64,000 bases of DNA, taken from positions 32,001-96,000 of the forward strand of contig JAZQAZ010000010.1 in the NCBI GenBank assembly GCA_045545475.1, given 5' to 3'. This document shows, in pieces, positions 1 through 10,264 of this stretch; the stretch's first letter is position 1; each line of letters starts with the position of its first letter. The notes under the pieces were generated by a model, which had not been told where the DNA came from, did no database searches, and was given only the letters and a program-made list of their open reading frames with translations. A program made the translations under genes and the position numbers. Source of the stretch: Clostridia bacterium. GTDB lineage: Bacteria > Bacillota > Clostridia > CAKSNL01 > HGM11501.

Positions 1-2
1 CT

Positions 3-206
3 TTATGCCAAAGCTTATCAAACTCGTTAGAATACAGAAATATTTTTAGTGATACATTCGATGTCAATATTTATGAGATGGCAGCACTAAAGCACATTTT
101 AATCAACGAATACGGATATAACAGAAGTTCGTTTCCGGATATAGTATTGGACTATGCATTTGATTCGGATTATTGTCCGGTTACTTCTAAATATAAATTA
201 GGTTAA
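3..206 (+). CDS. 3' end of a hypothetical protein (runs in from left edge), probable mobile-element cargo
   Basis: Frame 3 is open from the window start to TAA at 204-206 (LCQSLSNSLEYRNIF...SKYKLG*); no recognisable motif. Confidence 0.45.
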   Translation, partial: LCQSLSNSLEYRNIFSDTFDVNIYEMAALKHILINEYGYNRSSFPDIVLDYAFDSDYCPVTSKYKLG

Positions 207-209
207 CAA

Positions 210-312
210 GTCTCAATAGGGTATAGCCTGTTGGGACAGCAGAGAAGCGTTCCAATAAAGTCGGATTGACTTTTTTAGAACGTTTCATTTGTTTTCATAA
301 CCCTATTGGGAT
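210..312. promoter_or_regulatory. res site (resolvase binding sites I-III)
   Basis: 28-bp imperfect palindrome 210-237 (GTCTCAATAGGGTATAGCCTGTTGGGAC, 11/14 pairs, central AT), 35-bp palindrome 248-282, and a third half-site CCCTATTGGGA at 301-311, directly upstream of a resolvase. Confidence 0.75.
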
Positions 313-326
313 ATAAGGAGGCGGTT

Positions 327-872
327 ATGCGTATAGGTTATGTAAGAGTGAGCACGGAAGAACAAAATACGGAAAGACAGGAGGTTTTGATGCGGGAGCT
401 TGGTGTGGATGCAATATATGTCGATAAGACAAGCGGCAAAAATAAAGAAAGAAAGGAACTGCAAAGGATGATTGCATATGTTCGCAAAGGGGACACTGTA
501 ATTGTCGAATCAATAAGCCGTTTTGCCAGGAACACCAAGGATTTACTTGAATTGATAGAAAAGCTTTCGGAAAAGGAGGTTGAATTTGTTTCCAGAAAGG
601 AGGCAATAGACACATCGACTCCGACAGGAAAATTTATGCTGACGGTTTTTGGTGCTGTAGCAGAACTCGAAAGAGAATACATACTGTCACGGCAGAAAGA
701 AGGCATAGAAATTGCAAAGGCAAAGGGAAAGTATAAGGGAAGAAAACCTAAAGAGCTTCCTGGAGATTATGAAAATATAATAAAAAGATGGAAGAGAGGT
801 GAAATCTCCGCTGTCAGTGCTATAAAAAAATTGAATATAAGTAAAAGCACTTTTTATCGTTTGGTCAAGTAA
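327..872 (+). CDS. small serine recombinase (resolvase/invertase family) with C-terminal HTH
   Basis: GYVRVST catalytic Ser motif, VESISRFAR, ERE...RQKEGI, GRKP, ISKSTFYR HTH; RBS AAGGAGG before ATG 327. Confidence 0.95.
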   Translation: MRIGYVRVSTEEQNTERQEVLMRELGVDAIYVDKTSGKNKERKELQRMIAYVRKGDTVIVESISRFARNTKDLLELIEKLSEKEVEFVSRKEAIDTSTPTGKFMLTVFGAVAELEREYILSRQKEGIEIAKAKGKYKGRKPKELPGDYENIIKRWKRGEISAVSAIKKLNISKSTFYRLVK

Positions 873-919
873 AAGTAAGCTACGATATAAAAAGCCAATA
901 TATAAAAGGAGAAGGTTAT

Positions 920-1117
920 ATGAAGAAAATAAGTGCAGATAATAATAGCAGAGAAGAATTCGATCCTAAAACTCCGATAAAGATAACATTTGAGGAGGAC
1001 GGTAAAGAATACTATAATATAATTGTGTGCGAAAGAATGGCAAAAGCTATGCACGAAATAGATGGATATTTTTCAAGAGAGGCAGAATCAGACAGGGAAA
1101 GATATTGCAATATATAA
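920..1117 (+). CDS. small hypothetical protein (65 aa)
   Basis: RBS AAGGAG, followed by a terminator hairpin. Confidence 0.55.
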   Translation: MKKISADNNSREEFDPKTPIKITFEEDGKEYYNIIVCERMAKAMHEIDGYFSREAESDRERYCNI

Positions 1118-1708
1118 ATGAAAAACATCGGTTGTATAATTACAGCCGATGTTTTTTGTGTTTAATTTATGGTCTCCAAGTGTTGCCAGTAGTTCTGCAT
1201 CCCATTGAATTAAGGTTCTGCCGGACTTTTTGGCGGCATTTACAACGGTATTGTTGTATTCGCCGTACGGTGCTCTGAATATAGGAAGGGATTCTCCTGT
1301 TATTGCTTTTATAACAGCGTCGCACTTTTGCATATCGGAAATCAGTTCTTCTTCAGACATGGAATTATAATGAGCATGATTGTAGGAATGCCCTGCAATT
1401 TCGTGGCCGGAATCGTGAATGAGCTTTACACATTCGGGATATTTTTCCGCCCAGGAGCCGACAACAAAGAAGGTCGCACGGCAGTTATGTTCACTTAACG
1501 TGGAAAGGATAATTGGGATATCTTCTGCTGTCCATGCACAATCAAAGGTTACGGATAAAACCTTTTCATCCGTTTCAACGGAATATATGGGAAGAAGTTT
1601 TTCTTCCTCGGCAACCGGCGAAAGTGAAGCAACAAGAAGCAAGGCAACGGAAAAAAGAGCAAGTAAAATACAGGCAAAACGGTATTTATCCAAAACAAAA
1701 ATTTTCAA
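1088..1708 (-). pseudogene. PdaB-like NodB/CE4 polysaccharide deacetylase, 5' part only (native sequence ends near 1199)
   Basis: TFDCAW, ATFFVVG, HEIAGHSYNH, FRAPYGEYN motifs present; after IQWD the expected (V)DxxDW and GxIxLxH motifs are replaced by unrelated sequence. Start probably TTG 1708 after GGGGTG. Confidence 0.75.
1121..1157 (+). terminator. intrinsic terminator
   Basis: AAAAACATCGGTTGTA-TAAT-TACAGCCGATGTTTTTT hairpin with T tract. Confidence 0.75.
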
Positions 1709-1727
1709 AAAAATCACACCCCATAAA

Positions 1728-1754
1728 ATACTATGACGGGTGTGATTTTTATAT
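1728..1754 (-). promoter_or_regulatory. possible sigma-E (mother-cell) promoter of the deacetylase gene
   Basis: Minus strand ATA-N16-CATAGTAT fits the SigE consensus ATA-N16/18-CATAcanT; overlaps a hairpin (1707-1750) that may terminate the upstream gene. Confidence 0.4.
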
Positions 1755-1775
1755 TACTGTTAAGAAAAAATATAT

Positions 1776-2990
1776 TTATTTTTTAATTCTTCTGGCTTCT
1801 GTGTAAAAACGCTTTTCTTCTGCATGCCCCATAGAAAATGTCTTCTTGGGAAGAGGACCGTAAGTATTAATGGAAGTAAACAAGTCTTCTTTTTTTAGGC
1901 AAGGTGCGAAAAATGCAATGTTTCCTTTGGTCTTACTCATCGATTCGGCACTGTCATATCCGTGAATATAGTCTATGCTGCCACCGTTTTTCTTTGCATA
2001 GGCTTCAAGAATTTCCGTAACGGCACCTGAGGGAATGTGACAAGTAGATGAAAAGGTAATTTCTCCCTTTGTATCTCCATAGGAATATGGAATTGTGTAT
2101 GTGAAATTTCCTTCCGAGCTTTTGAATGTTGACAAAAGCTTTTCTTCATCACATCCGAAAAATACTCTGTATATGGGTTCGAATACAAGAGAATCCTCGT
2201 AGAGATTTACAAGCTCGCAAAGAGCATAACGCATAGGATGATCAAGCTTTTCGGAATCCCGGAGATCGGCCTTGACTTCTTCCCAGGCAGCCTTTGCACC
2301 TGCTAAAGAGTGGTTACCGTCGCCCACAGCAATCAACGGATCGCTGTCAAGGCTATGCAGAGCTTTTAATACTTCTTCCGCATCGTCAATTAAATAACCT
2401 TCAATTTTTCCGCCATGTTCCATCAGTGTGAAATCATAAAGTTTCTTGCCCGGTGCTTTCTTCTTGAGGTCGCCTAAAACGGCATCCTTTTTATCATTCA
2501 TAAGTAAAAGAATGTGGGGGAGTTCGATGGGAGCGTTTCTTCTTATTGTGACTCTTGCCGGAATTCTTTCGGCAACAGTTGCTTCGGTTGCTCTTATATT
2601 GGATTTTGAGTTTGCTGAATAGTCATACTCCTCAAGGTCAACTGCACCTATAAGACCGCATCTTACTTCTCCGCTTTCGAAAGTTCGTTTCACAAAAATA
2701 AGTGCATCTTTATACTCTTCAAAAATTTCGCAGTCCAGATATTCTTGCATTGCTGAATTAATCTCATTTATTTTCTCTTCAAAATTTGAAGTTGCAAGGT
2801 AGGCTTCGGGAAATATTAAATTGAGGGTGGAAGGATAGTTTTTTGTGTTTTCTCTAACTCTGTCCCAATATTCCTTTTCAGATGTGTACTGGTCGCAGGC
2901 AACTACGCTCCACTTGGTCATGTCGGTACTTTTGGGGAGAAGAATGTTTGCTTTATTAAAAATGCTCATAATAATTTTGTCCTTTCTCAT
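1776..2990 (-). CDS. DUF1015 family protein
   Basis: WSVVACDQYTS, IRATEAT, AVGDGNHSLA, LPKKTFSMG motifs typical of the family. Confidence 0.85.
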   Translation of the reverse strand: MRKDKIIMSIFNKANILLPKSTDMTKWSVVACDQYTSEKEYWDRVRENTKNYPSTLNLIFPEAYLATSNFEEKINEINSAMQEYLDCEIFEEYKDALIFVKRTFESGEVRCGLIGAVDLEEYDYSANSKSNIRATEATVAERIPARVTIRRNAPIELPHILLLMNDKKDAVLGDLKKKAPGKKLYDFTLMEHGGKIEGYLIDDAEEVLKALHSLDSDPLIAVGDGNHSLAGAKAAWEEVKADLRDSEKLDHPMRYALCELVNLYEDSLVFEPIYRVFFGCDEEKLLSTFKSSEGNFTYTIPYSYGDTKGEITFSSTCHIPSGAVTEILEAYAKKNGGSIDYIHGYDSAESMSKTKGNIAFFAPCLKKEDLFTSINTYGPLPKKTFSMGHAEEKRFYTEARRIKK

Positions 2991-3484
2991 AATTCCTCAA
3001 CCGGGCTGTAGGTTTCTTCGGTTGTTTCAGTACCTTCCGTGGTGGTATCGGGAGTTTCTACAAATGCTTCAGAGGTTTCGGAAGAAGCTGCGGGAGTCTC
3101 GGAATTGCCCTGAGCATCAAGGGGACCGTAAAGTTCATTATATCTGTCGAGCTGTCCCTGAAGTTCTTTTATATCTTCTTCCAATGCAGTACATTTTGCG
3201 GTAAGTTCTTCCAGACGTATCTGAAGGACAGATGTTGAGTCCTCAGGTATTTCTTCAGGCTTTGATGATGCATTGAATATAAGCTTTATAATAAATGAAC
3301 CAACTGCAAAAGCCAGAAGAAAAATGAGAATAACAGCAAGCACGGAAACAGTGTATCTTGTGGTTTTTGAAACTCCTTTGTTTCTGCTTTTCTTGCGTCT
3401 CGCAGCTCTTTTTGCATGCTCTCTGGCAAGCGGTGTGCTTATGGGATCAAAAACTTCTGTAACATCTTTATTTTTATCGGTCAT
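2987..3484 (-). CDS. hypothetical single-pass membrane protein with coiled coil and acidic tail
   Basis: Basic stretch, hydrophobic helix, heptad region; overlaps the next gene by 4 nt. Confidence 0.75.
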   Translation of the reverse strand: MTDKNKDVTEVFDPISTPLAREHAKRAARRKKSRNKGVSKTTRYTVSVLAVILIFLLAFAVGSFIIKLIFNASSKPEEIPEDSTSVLQIRLEELTAKCTALEEDIKELQGQLDRYNELYGPLDAQGNSETPAASSETSEAFVETPDTTTEGTETTEETYSPVEEL

Positions 3485-3498
3485 TTTAAAAATCCTTT

Positions 3499-6400
3499 CT
3501 AAATATGTATAACTTTATTTAACGAGAAGGAATATATCAGCTTTTCCCTGACTGGCATGTTGTATTTATTCCGGAGAGCTTCGGCGTAAATTGAAAGCTG
3601 TATACCGTAACGCTCTTTAAGAATTTCATCACTTACATTTCTGTCTGTTTTATAGTCAAGGAGTATGATGGAATCATCCTCAATAAAATAGCAATCGATA
3701 ATTCCCTGAATCAGAACGGGAGTGTTATCTGCTGGATTTCCTGTCAACTCTGAAAGATTCTTGGTAAAGGTGAAAGGTTCTTCTCTGTATAATTTGTCCG
3801 CAGATTTAAGCCTTGTGCACAGGTCACTTTTCAAAAATGAATCGAGCAGATTTAAATCAATTGCCTGACGCTCGCTGTCCGAAAGGTTCATTTTTGAAAT
3901 TTGCGACATAATATCAAGGTTATTAAAGTTGATATTTTGAAGTACATAGTGTATTATACTACCTTTTTGAGCACTTGTAAATACTTTATCGGAATTTAAA
4001 AAAACGGGTGTCCGCAGATTGGGAACATAGGCATGTGAGGAAAGAGGCATAGAATTATCTTCCGGTGTAACACCGGATTTCAATTCGCTTACCGTGTATT
4101 TACTTTTAACGGTTTTAAGGTGTTCATAGGGGTATATGTATTCCAGGGTAGATGAAATATCATCGGTACATGTTAAAGGCTTGGGGGATGAATTTGTGTT
4201 TTTATTTTCCTCCGTTTCTTCTGAGTCAAATGAAGGATTGTTTATTATGTTTAATTTTATTGCATTGTTATTTATCGACGATGCTAAAAGCCAATCTGTA
4301 TAATTTTTACAGGATAAAACATAATCGGGAGTGATTTCGATATCCTTGTCTGGAAGCACGTAATGATCGTCGTTTTTTCCGAGTGTAGCGGATGTAACTA
4401 TCTCCAATCGCTCCCTGGCTCTTGTGAGAGCAACATATAAAACACGAAGTTCTTCTGAAACACATTCGTCTTTGAGAATTTCGGAGATGGCGGTATTTAC
4501 AGGGATTTTAAACTTGGTACGATCTTCTGTAAATGCATTGATTCCTATTCCGAATTCTTTGTGGAGAAGCAGGTCGGAGGAATAATCCTTGGTACTGAAA
4601 TTACTTTCGGTACGGGCAAGAAATACAATTGGGAACTCAAGACCTTTACTTTTATGTATACTTAATATACGTACTGCATCAAGGGAAGTAGATACCGAAT
4701 CGGCAGTAAGTCCGTCTTCACCTATGGACATTTTATCAACATACTGAAGAAAATTGAATAAGCCTTTGTAAGAAGACTCATCGCTTTTTTTGGCCATGGT
4801 TTGTAAAAGCGAAATGTTGGTAAGGTGAGTTTCGCTTCCGGGCATAGCACTTACATATGATGTGAAATGAGTTTCTTCTATCAGCATGGCCAAAAAGTCA
4901 CTTACAGTTGTAAGAGAAGCTTCTTTACGCCATTTTTCAAGCATTATCAAAAAGTGTAGACATTTTTTGTCAGGATTTTCCTTGTCGTAGGCAGCTTCCT
5001 TCAGTGCTTCGTATAAATATTTTTTCTTTTTTAATGCAAGCGATGCAAGAAGATTTTCATCAAAGTGGAAAATGGGAGAGCGAAGTACACATACTAAGCT
5101 TATATCCTGAAGTGGGTTATCTATTATTCTCAAAAGCGAAAGTAATATCTGTACCTCAATACAGTCGAAAAATGCGGCATCGAGATCGGTATAGACGGGA
5201 ATTCCGTTAAATCTTAACGCTTCTTCAAACACAGCAGCCTGATTTTTAGGTGCTCTTAAAAGAAGGGCTATGTCCTTATATGTGACGTTTCTGAATGAGT
5301 CGGTATCTTTGTCATAAACCTTTGTTTCGTTTTTAATCAGCTCGGTAATTTTGTTTGCCACAAATTGTGCCTGAAGGGCGTGTTCTTCGGCAGAAGAAGT
5401 ACCGTTTTTAGCAACAAGCACGGTGAAATTGCAGGCGGAAGTATCAAGTGGCTCAGTATAGCAATTGCTGCCGCATTCAAAACGCTCCGTGCCCACGTAG
5501 GCAACTTCTCCGGCTTCTTCTGTCATGAGGCGGTCGAAAACGGAATTTACAGCATCAAGTATTTCTTTGCGGCTGCGGAAATTTAATGAAAGGGCTATTT
5601 TTATGTGTTTATCGTTTTCTGTTGCATTTTCCACTTCCGTAAAAGAGGCCGACTTTTCTCCGAAAATTTTTTTTGGATTGGTCATTCTGAACTTGTATAT
5701 ACTCTGCTTCATATCTCCGACCATGAAAAGATTGGGCTTGCCTTTTGATTCGCCTGAAATCATTTTAAGTATGGTTTCCTGAACGTCATTTGTGTCCTGA
5801 TATTCGTCTACAAAAATATCTGTATATTTGTCACGTATTTCATTTGCGGCGGAAGAAGGAATGATATTACCTTCACTATCTCTGCTTGTGAGAATTTTTA
5901 TGGTGAGGTGTTCAAGATCGTTAAAATCAAGGACATTTTTTTCTGCCTTTTTTAAATCATATATTTCCATCGCCTTAAGAGTAACTTCGACTATGGAAGA
6001 TACGGCTTTAGCCATTGATTCTGAGTGCATCAGAGCTTCATCGTATGGCATGGTTATATATTCTTTTATCTTACCAAAGGAATTTTTTGCCTTATCAATA
6101 AGCCTTTTTAGCGGAGCTTTCCATTCAGGCTCTGCCTTTGAAAACTTTCTCATGGAACTTTTTATGCTGTAATCAAGTGCATCATAAATACCGTCCCACG
6201 TTAAGGGGCTTGCGAGAAGCGATGCAAAATATTCTTCATCTTCAAGAAAAGTTTCTGTTTTTGATTCGTATTCCGGGACAGAGCGTATGTATTCTATACA
6301 GTCGCCCATGGCTTCCTTTGCACTTTTTAAGTGAATCTCTGCTTTATTCATAAGAACGTTTGAATAAATATAAAAGTTTTTTCTGATATCTGCATATCTT

Positions 6401-6978
6401 TCTTTGGCGTCGGTGAGCCACTCAGAAGGAAATGGGGTGGAGGATGCGAATTTCCAAAGCTTATCTGCCATTTCGCCTACAGCAGTATCGTTTTTTGAAC
6501 CGCACAAAAGTTCAACAGAAGATAGAAAATCTTCGTTTTCAGTATCATAGAAATAGTCCATAGCCTCTGATAGAGCTTCGGCTTTCATTATTTTAATATC
6601 ATAGTTTTCGGCTATTTTGAATGATGGGTCTATATCGGGAATATAAAAATAGGACTTAAGAACATTCAGGCAAAAACTGTGAATGGTAGAAATGTCGGAG
6701 CTTCCCACCATAGCCAACTGACGTCTTAGGTGTCGGCTTTTGGGATTTTCTGAAACGGCCTCAGCTATCTTTTTTGAAATTCTGCTTCGCATTTCGGCAG
6801 CGGCTGCATTGGTGAAAGTGATAACCAGCATTTTGGAAATGTCGGCATTTTCATTTGTGATTCTGTTTAATATTCTGCCGGTTAAAACCTGAGTTTTTCC
6901 GCTTCCCGCTGCTGCAGTAACAAGAATATCATTTACCGGATAGGTTACGGCTTTCTCCTGCATTTTAGTCCATTTCAT
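3499..6978 (-). CDS. addA: ATP-dependent helicase/nuclease subunit A
   Basis: AAAGSGKT Walker A, VDEYQDTN, SIHKSKGLEFP, LYVALTRA, C-terminal QGIID...LLDYKT nuclease. Confidence 0.95.
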   Translation of the reverse strand: MKWTKMQEKAVTYPVNDILVTAAAGSGKTQVLTGRILNRITNENADISKMLVITFTNAAAAEMRSRISKKIAEAVSENPKSRHLRRQLAMVGSSDISTIHSFCLNVLKSYFYIPDIDPSFKIAENYDIKIMKAEALSEAMDYFYDTENEDFLSSVELLCGSKNDTAVGEMADKLWKFASSTPFPSEWLTDAKERYADIRKNFYIYSNVLMNKAEIHLKSAKEAMGDCIEYIRSVPEYESKTETFLEDEEYFASLLASPLTWDGIYDALDYSIKSSMRKFSKAEPEWKAPLKRLIDKAKNSFGKIKEYITMPYDEALMHSESMAKAVSSIVEVTLKAMEIYDLKKAEKNVLDFNDLEHLTIKILTSRDSEGNIIPSSAANEIRDKYTDIFVDEYQDTNDVQETILKMISGESKGKPNLFMVGDMKQSIYKFRMTNPKKIFGEKSASFTEVENATENDKHIKIALSLNFRSRKEILDAVNSVFDRLMTEEAGEVAYVGTERFECGSNCYTEPLDTSACNFTVLVAKNGTSSAEEHALQAQFVANKITELIKNETKVYDKDTDSFRNVTYKDIALLLRAPKNQAAVFEEALRFNGIPVYTDLDAAFFDCIEVQILLSLLRIIDNPLQDISLVCVLRSPIFHFDENLLASLALKKKKYLYEALKEAAYDKENPDKKCLHFLIMLEKWRKEASLTTVSDFLAMLIEETHFTSYVSAMPGSETHLTNISLLQTMAKKSDESSYKGLFNFLQYVDKMSIGEDGLTADSVSTSLDAVRILSIHKSKGLEFPIVFLARTESNFSTKDYSSDLLLHKEFGIGINAFTEDRTKFKIPVNTAISEILKDECVSEELRVLYVALTRARERLEIVTSATLGKNDDHYVLPDKDIEITPDYVLSCKNYTDWLLASSINNNAIKLNIINNPSFDSEETEENKNTNSSPKPLTCTDDISSTLEYIYPYEHLKTVKSKYTVSELKSGVTPEDNSMPLSSHAYVPNLRTPVFLNSDKVFTSAQKGSIIHYVLQNINFNNLDIMSQISKMNLSDSERQAIDLNLLDSFLKSDLCTRLKSADKLYREEPFTFTKNLSELTGNPADNTPVLIQGIIDCYFIEDDSIILLDYKTDRNVSDEILKERYGIQLSIYAEALRNKYNMPVREKLIYSFSLNKVIHI

Positions 6979-9900
6979 CGGTTATCACCTCCGTTTCATT
7001 ATTTTCTTCCTCGGTAAAAGAATCCCATGTTATGCCTTTTGCTTCTGCTGTCAAAAGAGAGCACGCTCCTTGGTTGGTACAAACGGAAGTATAGTCGCAA
7101 TATTCGCAAGGGGAGGAAGTTATTCCTTTTGGATTAATCGGGAAATGTCCCGCTTTCATTTCATCATATAATGAACTTACCGTTTTTTTCACGCGGTCAA
7201 ACAAATCGTCAAAGTTTTGAAGCGTTGCATAAGTTGCTTTAAAAAATTCGGAACTCTTTTCCTTTTCCGCATCCATAGCAGAAATTATTTCTTCGTCATC
7301 CAGTAAAAGACCGTTCATTGAAGGATTTTTTCCGCTGTTTGAGTTAAGGTTTTCAATGGGGTCATCAAGCTTGAAATACAGCATGGCACCGGGTTTGCTT
7401 TTTGTATGATTGTTCAATGCCAGCATGTAAACTGAAAGCTGGAGATTAAGGCCGTAATACACATCCGAAAGGGAAAAAGTTTTGCTGCCTGATTTATAGT
7501 CTACAATTCTTAAAAAATCTCCACGTTCGCTGTGCAAAACATCTGCACGGTCAATCTTTCCCGTAAGGCGTACTTTCCCGCTTTTGGTGGGAATTACTAT
7601 TTCCGGATAGTCTCCGTTTTTACCGAAGACAAGTTCGCTTCCCATGGGTTCGAAACGGCCCGATTCAAAATGTTTTTTTACAGCGTAAAGCATTTTGACG
7701 GAAAGATTCTGAAGCCTCTTTATAAGGTATATTGCACGGTTGGAATTTTTTATAAAATAAGAGCTGTTTTCAAGGATGTCCTCTGTTACGCTTTTGGCGA
7801 CATCTTTAATTTCCTTGTCCGTTATATTCTGCCAGGTGGTGCCGTTGTCCTTTATATAGCGGCTTACCGAGTCCACATAGCGGTGCAGGATGCTTCCTGT
7901 ATCGGTTGGAGAAAATTCGGCAATTTTCCTGTTTTCCGCACGGAGAATATACTGCATATAATACTTAAAAGGGCATGAGGAATAAGCCTCAAGGCGTGAA
8001 ACGCCTGAGGTTGTATTTTCGTTAAACAGGGCTTCCGTTATTTCCTTATTCAGGGTAACAGTATTTCGCATGGTGTGAAGTGAATTTGGGATTTTGGGAA
8101 GGAGCTCCTTTTTGTTTTTCAAAAACCAGTCATAAACCTTAAGCCATGTATCATCGATTTCTTCTCCCAGAGATTTTCTGTTAAGTGCATCAAGCATATG
8201 TGTAAGTGTGGGAGCGGGAGCGGAAATAAGTGATGCGGCATCGGTAGAAAGAGCATCTGTATTTTCGGTTATTCCGGGGAAAATATCCTTGATTTTTTCT
8301 ATTACCGAGGATGGAGAAATACTGCTTCCCGATTCATTATGAAGAGCATAGGAAAGATATAATCTGTCTTCTGCGGCAGTAAAGGCGGAATATAAAAGTG
8401 CCTGCTCTTCGTAATTTATAAATTCCGAGTCTGCCGAAAGTTCTATGTCATTATCCGAAAGAAACAGTCTGTCGGAGTCTGATAAAATGCCATCCTTTGA
8501 AGGTGTTTTTGGAAATACGTTGTTATTAAGTCCCATTATAAATACAATTGGAGAGGTAGTTCCTTTTGCTCTTATGGCATTTATAAAGTTTACACAGTCG
8601 GTGGAGGAGGGAATGATGTTCATGGTTGTTGCAGATATTCCCTCTGAAAATACTGAATTGAACTTTTGGGCGGAAAAAAGCTCGTCGCCGGCAGATGCGA
8701 TAAGTGAATCCATCGCATCCATAATGGAATTATAAACACTTATAAGCTTTGCAGCATCGTCGGTTCTTCCGTTTTTTTCATAGTTTTTTGCTAAGGTGGA
8801 AATTTTTTCTTCCAGTCCGGTTTCCTTGAAAAATTCATATATGGCTTTGCAGAAATCTGTAGCTGATATTTTACCTTTCAGCTTTTCTGCAAGAGGCAAA
8901 AATGGGGCTGTTACCGCTCGTCTTATAACGTCAATTTCGTCGAATTCCGCTTTTTCTTCGTCGGAAAGTGCATAGTCTGAATATACGGTTTTTCTGTATT
9001 CCCATTTTTCGTCACTTAAAAGAGCACTTCCGTGTATACCGGTGGCAAGCATGTAGTTTTCAAGCTTATCGGCATCTTCTTTCGGACATGTCGAAAAGCC
9101 GCTTTTTAAATAGCGGAACAACGGAACTTTGGAAAAGCCGGAACAAACGGTGTCGGTTATGGCTGTTACGTATATGCTTAAAGCATGCTTACCCGAAGAA
9201 ACAGATTCAGTATCGGTATATGGAATTCCGAAGGCGGGGAAGATGCTTTTAATTGCCGAAGCATAAGTGTTTGTATCTCTTACTATGACGGATATATCTT
9301 TATATCTGGCTTTTTTGCTTTCAGCCAGACGGCGGATTTGCCTTGCAACCTCTTCGGTTTCTGAATTTATGTTCTTGGCGGAAAAAAGCGAAATTGAAGA
9401 ATTTTTGCCGCTGTATTTCTCCGGATAAAAAGAAAAGTAATTTTTCTCAAGATGGGAAAGTTCAGGATCATCAATTTTGGAAGACAAAGTGACTTCCTCT
9501 GTTTCAATTCCCAGGTCAAGGGCCATATCTTTTAATTTTTCTGCAGTATTTATCGCACTTAAAAACTGAAATTCAAAGCTTTTTATGTCGCAGGGGAGCG
9601 TAACTGTTACGGACGCACATTGCAATAAAAGCTCTTTGATTACAGCAAGCTCAGATGGCGTAAAACGTGCAAAACGGTCGATATAGATATGCCTTCCCGA
9701 AAGAGGCTTGTTCTCTGCAAGGTAGATACAAAGCCTTGATAAATCGTCATCTTTATCGGTGTAGCCGGAGGAGAGAAACTCGTTATATTTACTGTAAATA
9801 AGCGAAATATCTTTAAGCTTTGAAGAAAGGATTTTCTGTTCTGTTTTTTCAGAGGCTTGAAAAAGTGCTTCGGGACTTACGTTGTAGCGTTTAAATTCGC

Positions 9901-10255
9901 ATATTAAATCAAGCATCCCTTTTGGAAAACCGGGATGCTCTGCACTGGATTTTAAAACTGTAAGATTTTGCTTTAACTTTTGTGAAATCAAAGCAATGGC
10001 TATGGACTTTCCTGCAGGATTCAGGGAGTTACGGCCCAAGGGTCCGTAATCGGAAAAAGCGTGGGCAAGGCGGTCAAATGATAAAACCTCCGTACCCCTT
10101 AATCCCAATGTTCCTGCAATTGAGGAAAGCTTCTGTTCGGCAAGGAGAGTGAAAGCTTCGGGAACGATAATTATACCGTCGCTGGTGGCGGCATCCGAAA
10201 ACACTTTGTCGCCTTTCTTGCTTTTTGCTCTGCCGTAGATTAATTTAAGAGACAT
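6965..10255 (-). CDS. addB: ATP-dependent helicase/nuclease subunit B
   Basis: SRLEAYSSCPFKY, GKIDRAD, IVDYKSG, CEYCDYTSVC Fe-S cysteines; adjacent to addA. Confidence 0.93.
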   Translation of the reverse strand: MSLKLIYGRAKSKKGDKVFSDAATSDGIIIVPEAFTLLAEQKLSSIAGTLGLRGTEVLSFDRLAHAFSDYGPLGRNSLNPAGKSIAIALISQKLKQNLTVLKSSAEHPGFPKGMLDLICEFKRYNVSPEALFQASEKTEQKILSSKLKDISLIYSKYNEFLSSGYTDKDDDLSRLCIYLAENKPLSGRHIYIDRFARFTPSELAVIKELLLQCASVTVTLPCDIKSFEFQFLSAINTAEKLKDMALDLGIETEEVTLSSKIDDPELSHLEKNYFSFYPEKYSGKNSSISLFSAKNINSETEEVARQIRRLAESKKARYKDISVIVRDTNTYASAIKSIFPAFGIPYTDTESVSSGKHALSIYVTAITDTVCSGFSKVPLFRYLKSGFSTCPKEDADKLENYMLATGIHGSALLSDEKWEYRKTVYSDYALSDEEKAEFDEIDVIRRAVTAPFLPLAEKLKGKISATDFCKAIYEFFKETGLEEKISTLAKNYEKNGRTDDAAKLISVYNSIMDAMDSLIASAGDELFSAQKFNSVFSEGISATTMNIIPSSTDCVNFINAIRAKGTTSPIVFIMGLNNNVFPKTPSKDGILSDSDRLFLSDNDIELSADSEFINYEEQALLYSAFTAAEDRLYLSYALHNESGSSISPSSVIEKIKDIFPGITENTDALSTDAASLISAPAPTLTHMLDALNRKSLGEEIDDTWLKVYDWFLKNKKELLPKIPNSLHTMRNTVTLNKEITEALFNENTTSGVSRLEAYSSCPFKYYMQYILRAENRKIAEFSPTDTGSILHRYVDSVSRYIKDNGTTWQNITDKEIKDVAKSVTEDILENSSYFIKNSNRAIYLIKRLQNLSVKMLYAVKKHFESGRFEPMGSELVFGKNGDYPEIVIPTKSGKVRLTGKIDRADVLHSERGDFLRIVDYKSGSKTFSLSDVYYGLNLQLSVYMLALNNHTKSKPGAMLYFKLDDPIENLNSNSGKNPSMNGLLLDDEEIISAMDAEKEKSSEFFKATYATLQNFDDLFDRVKKTVSSLYDEMKAGHFPINPKGITSSPCEYCDYTSVCTNQGACSLLTAEAKGITWDSFTEEENNETEVITDEMD

Positions 10256-10264
10256 TATATCAAC

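Larger units (their letters stand above)
1..1198. mobile_element. right end of an integrated element, inserted into the polysaccharide deacetylase gene
   Basis: Resolvase and res site next to the point where the deacetylase reading frame abruptly loses homology (after ...IQWD). Confidence 0.55.
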
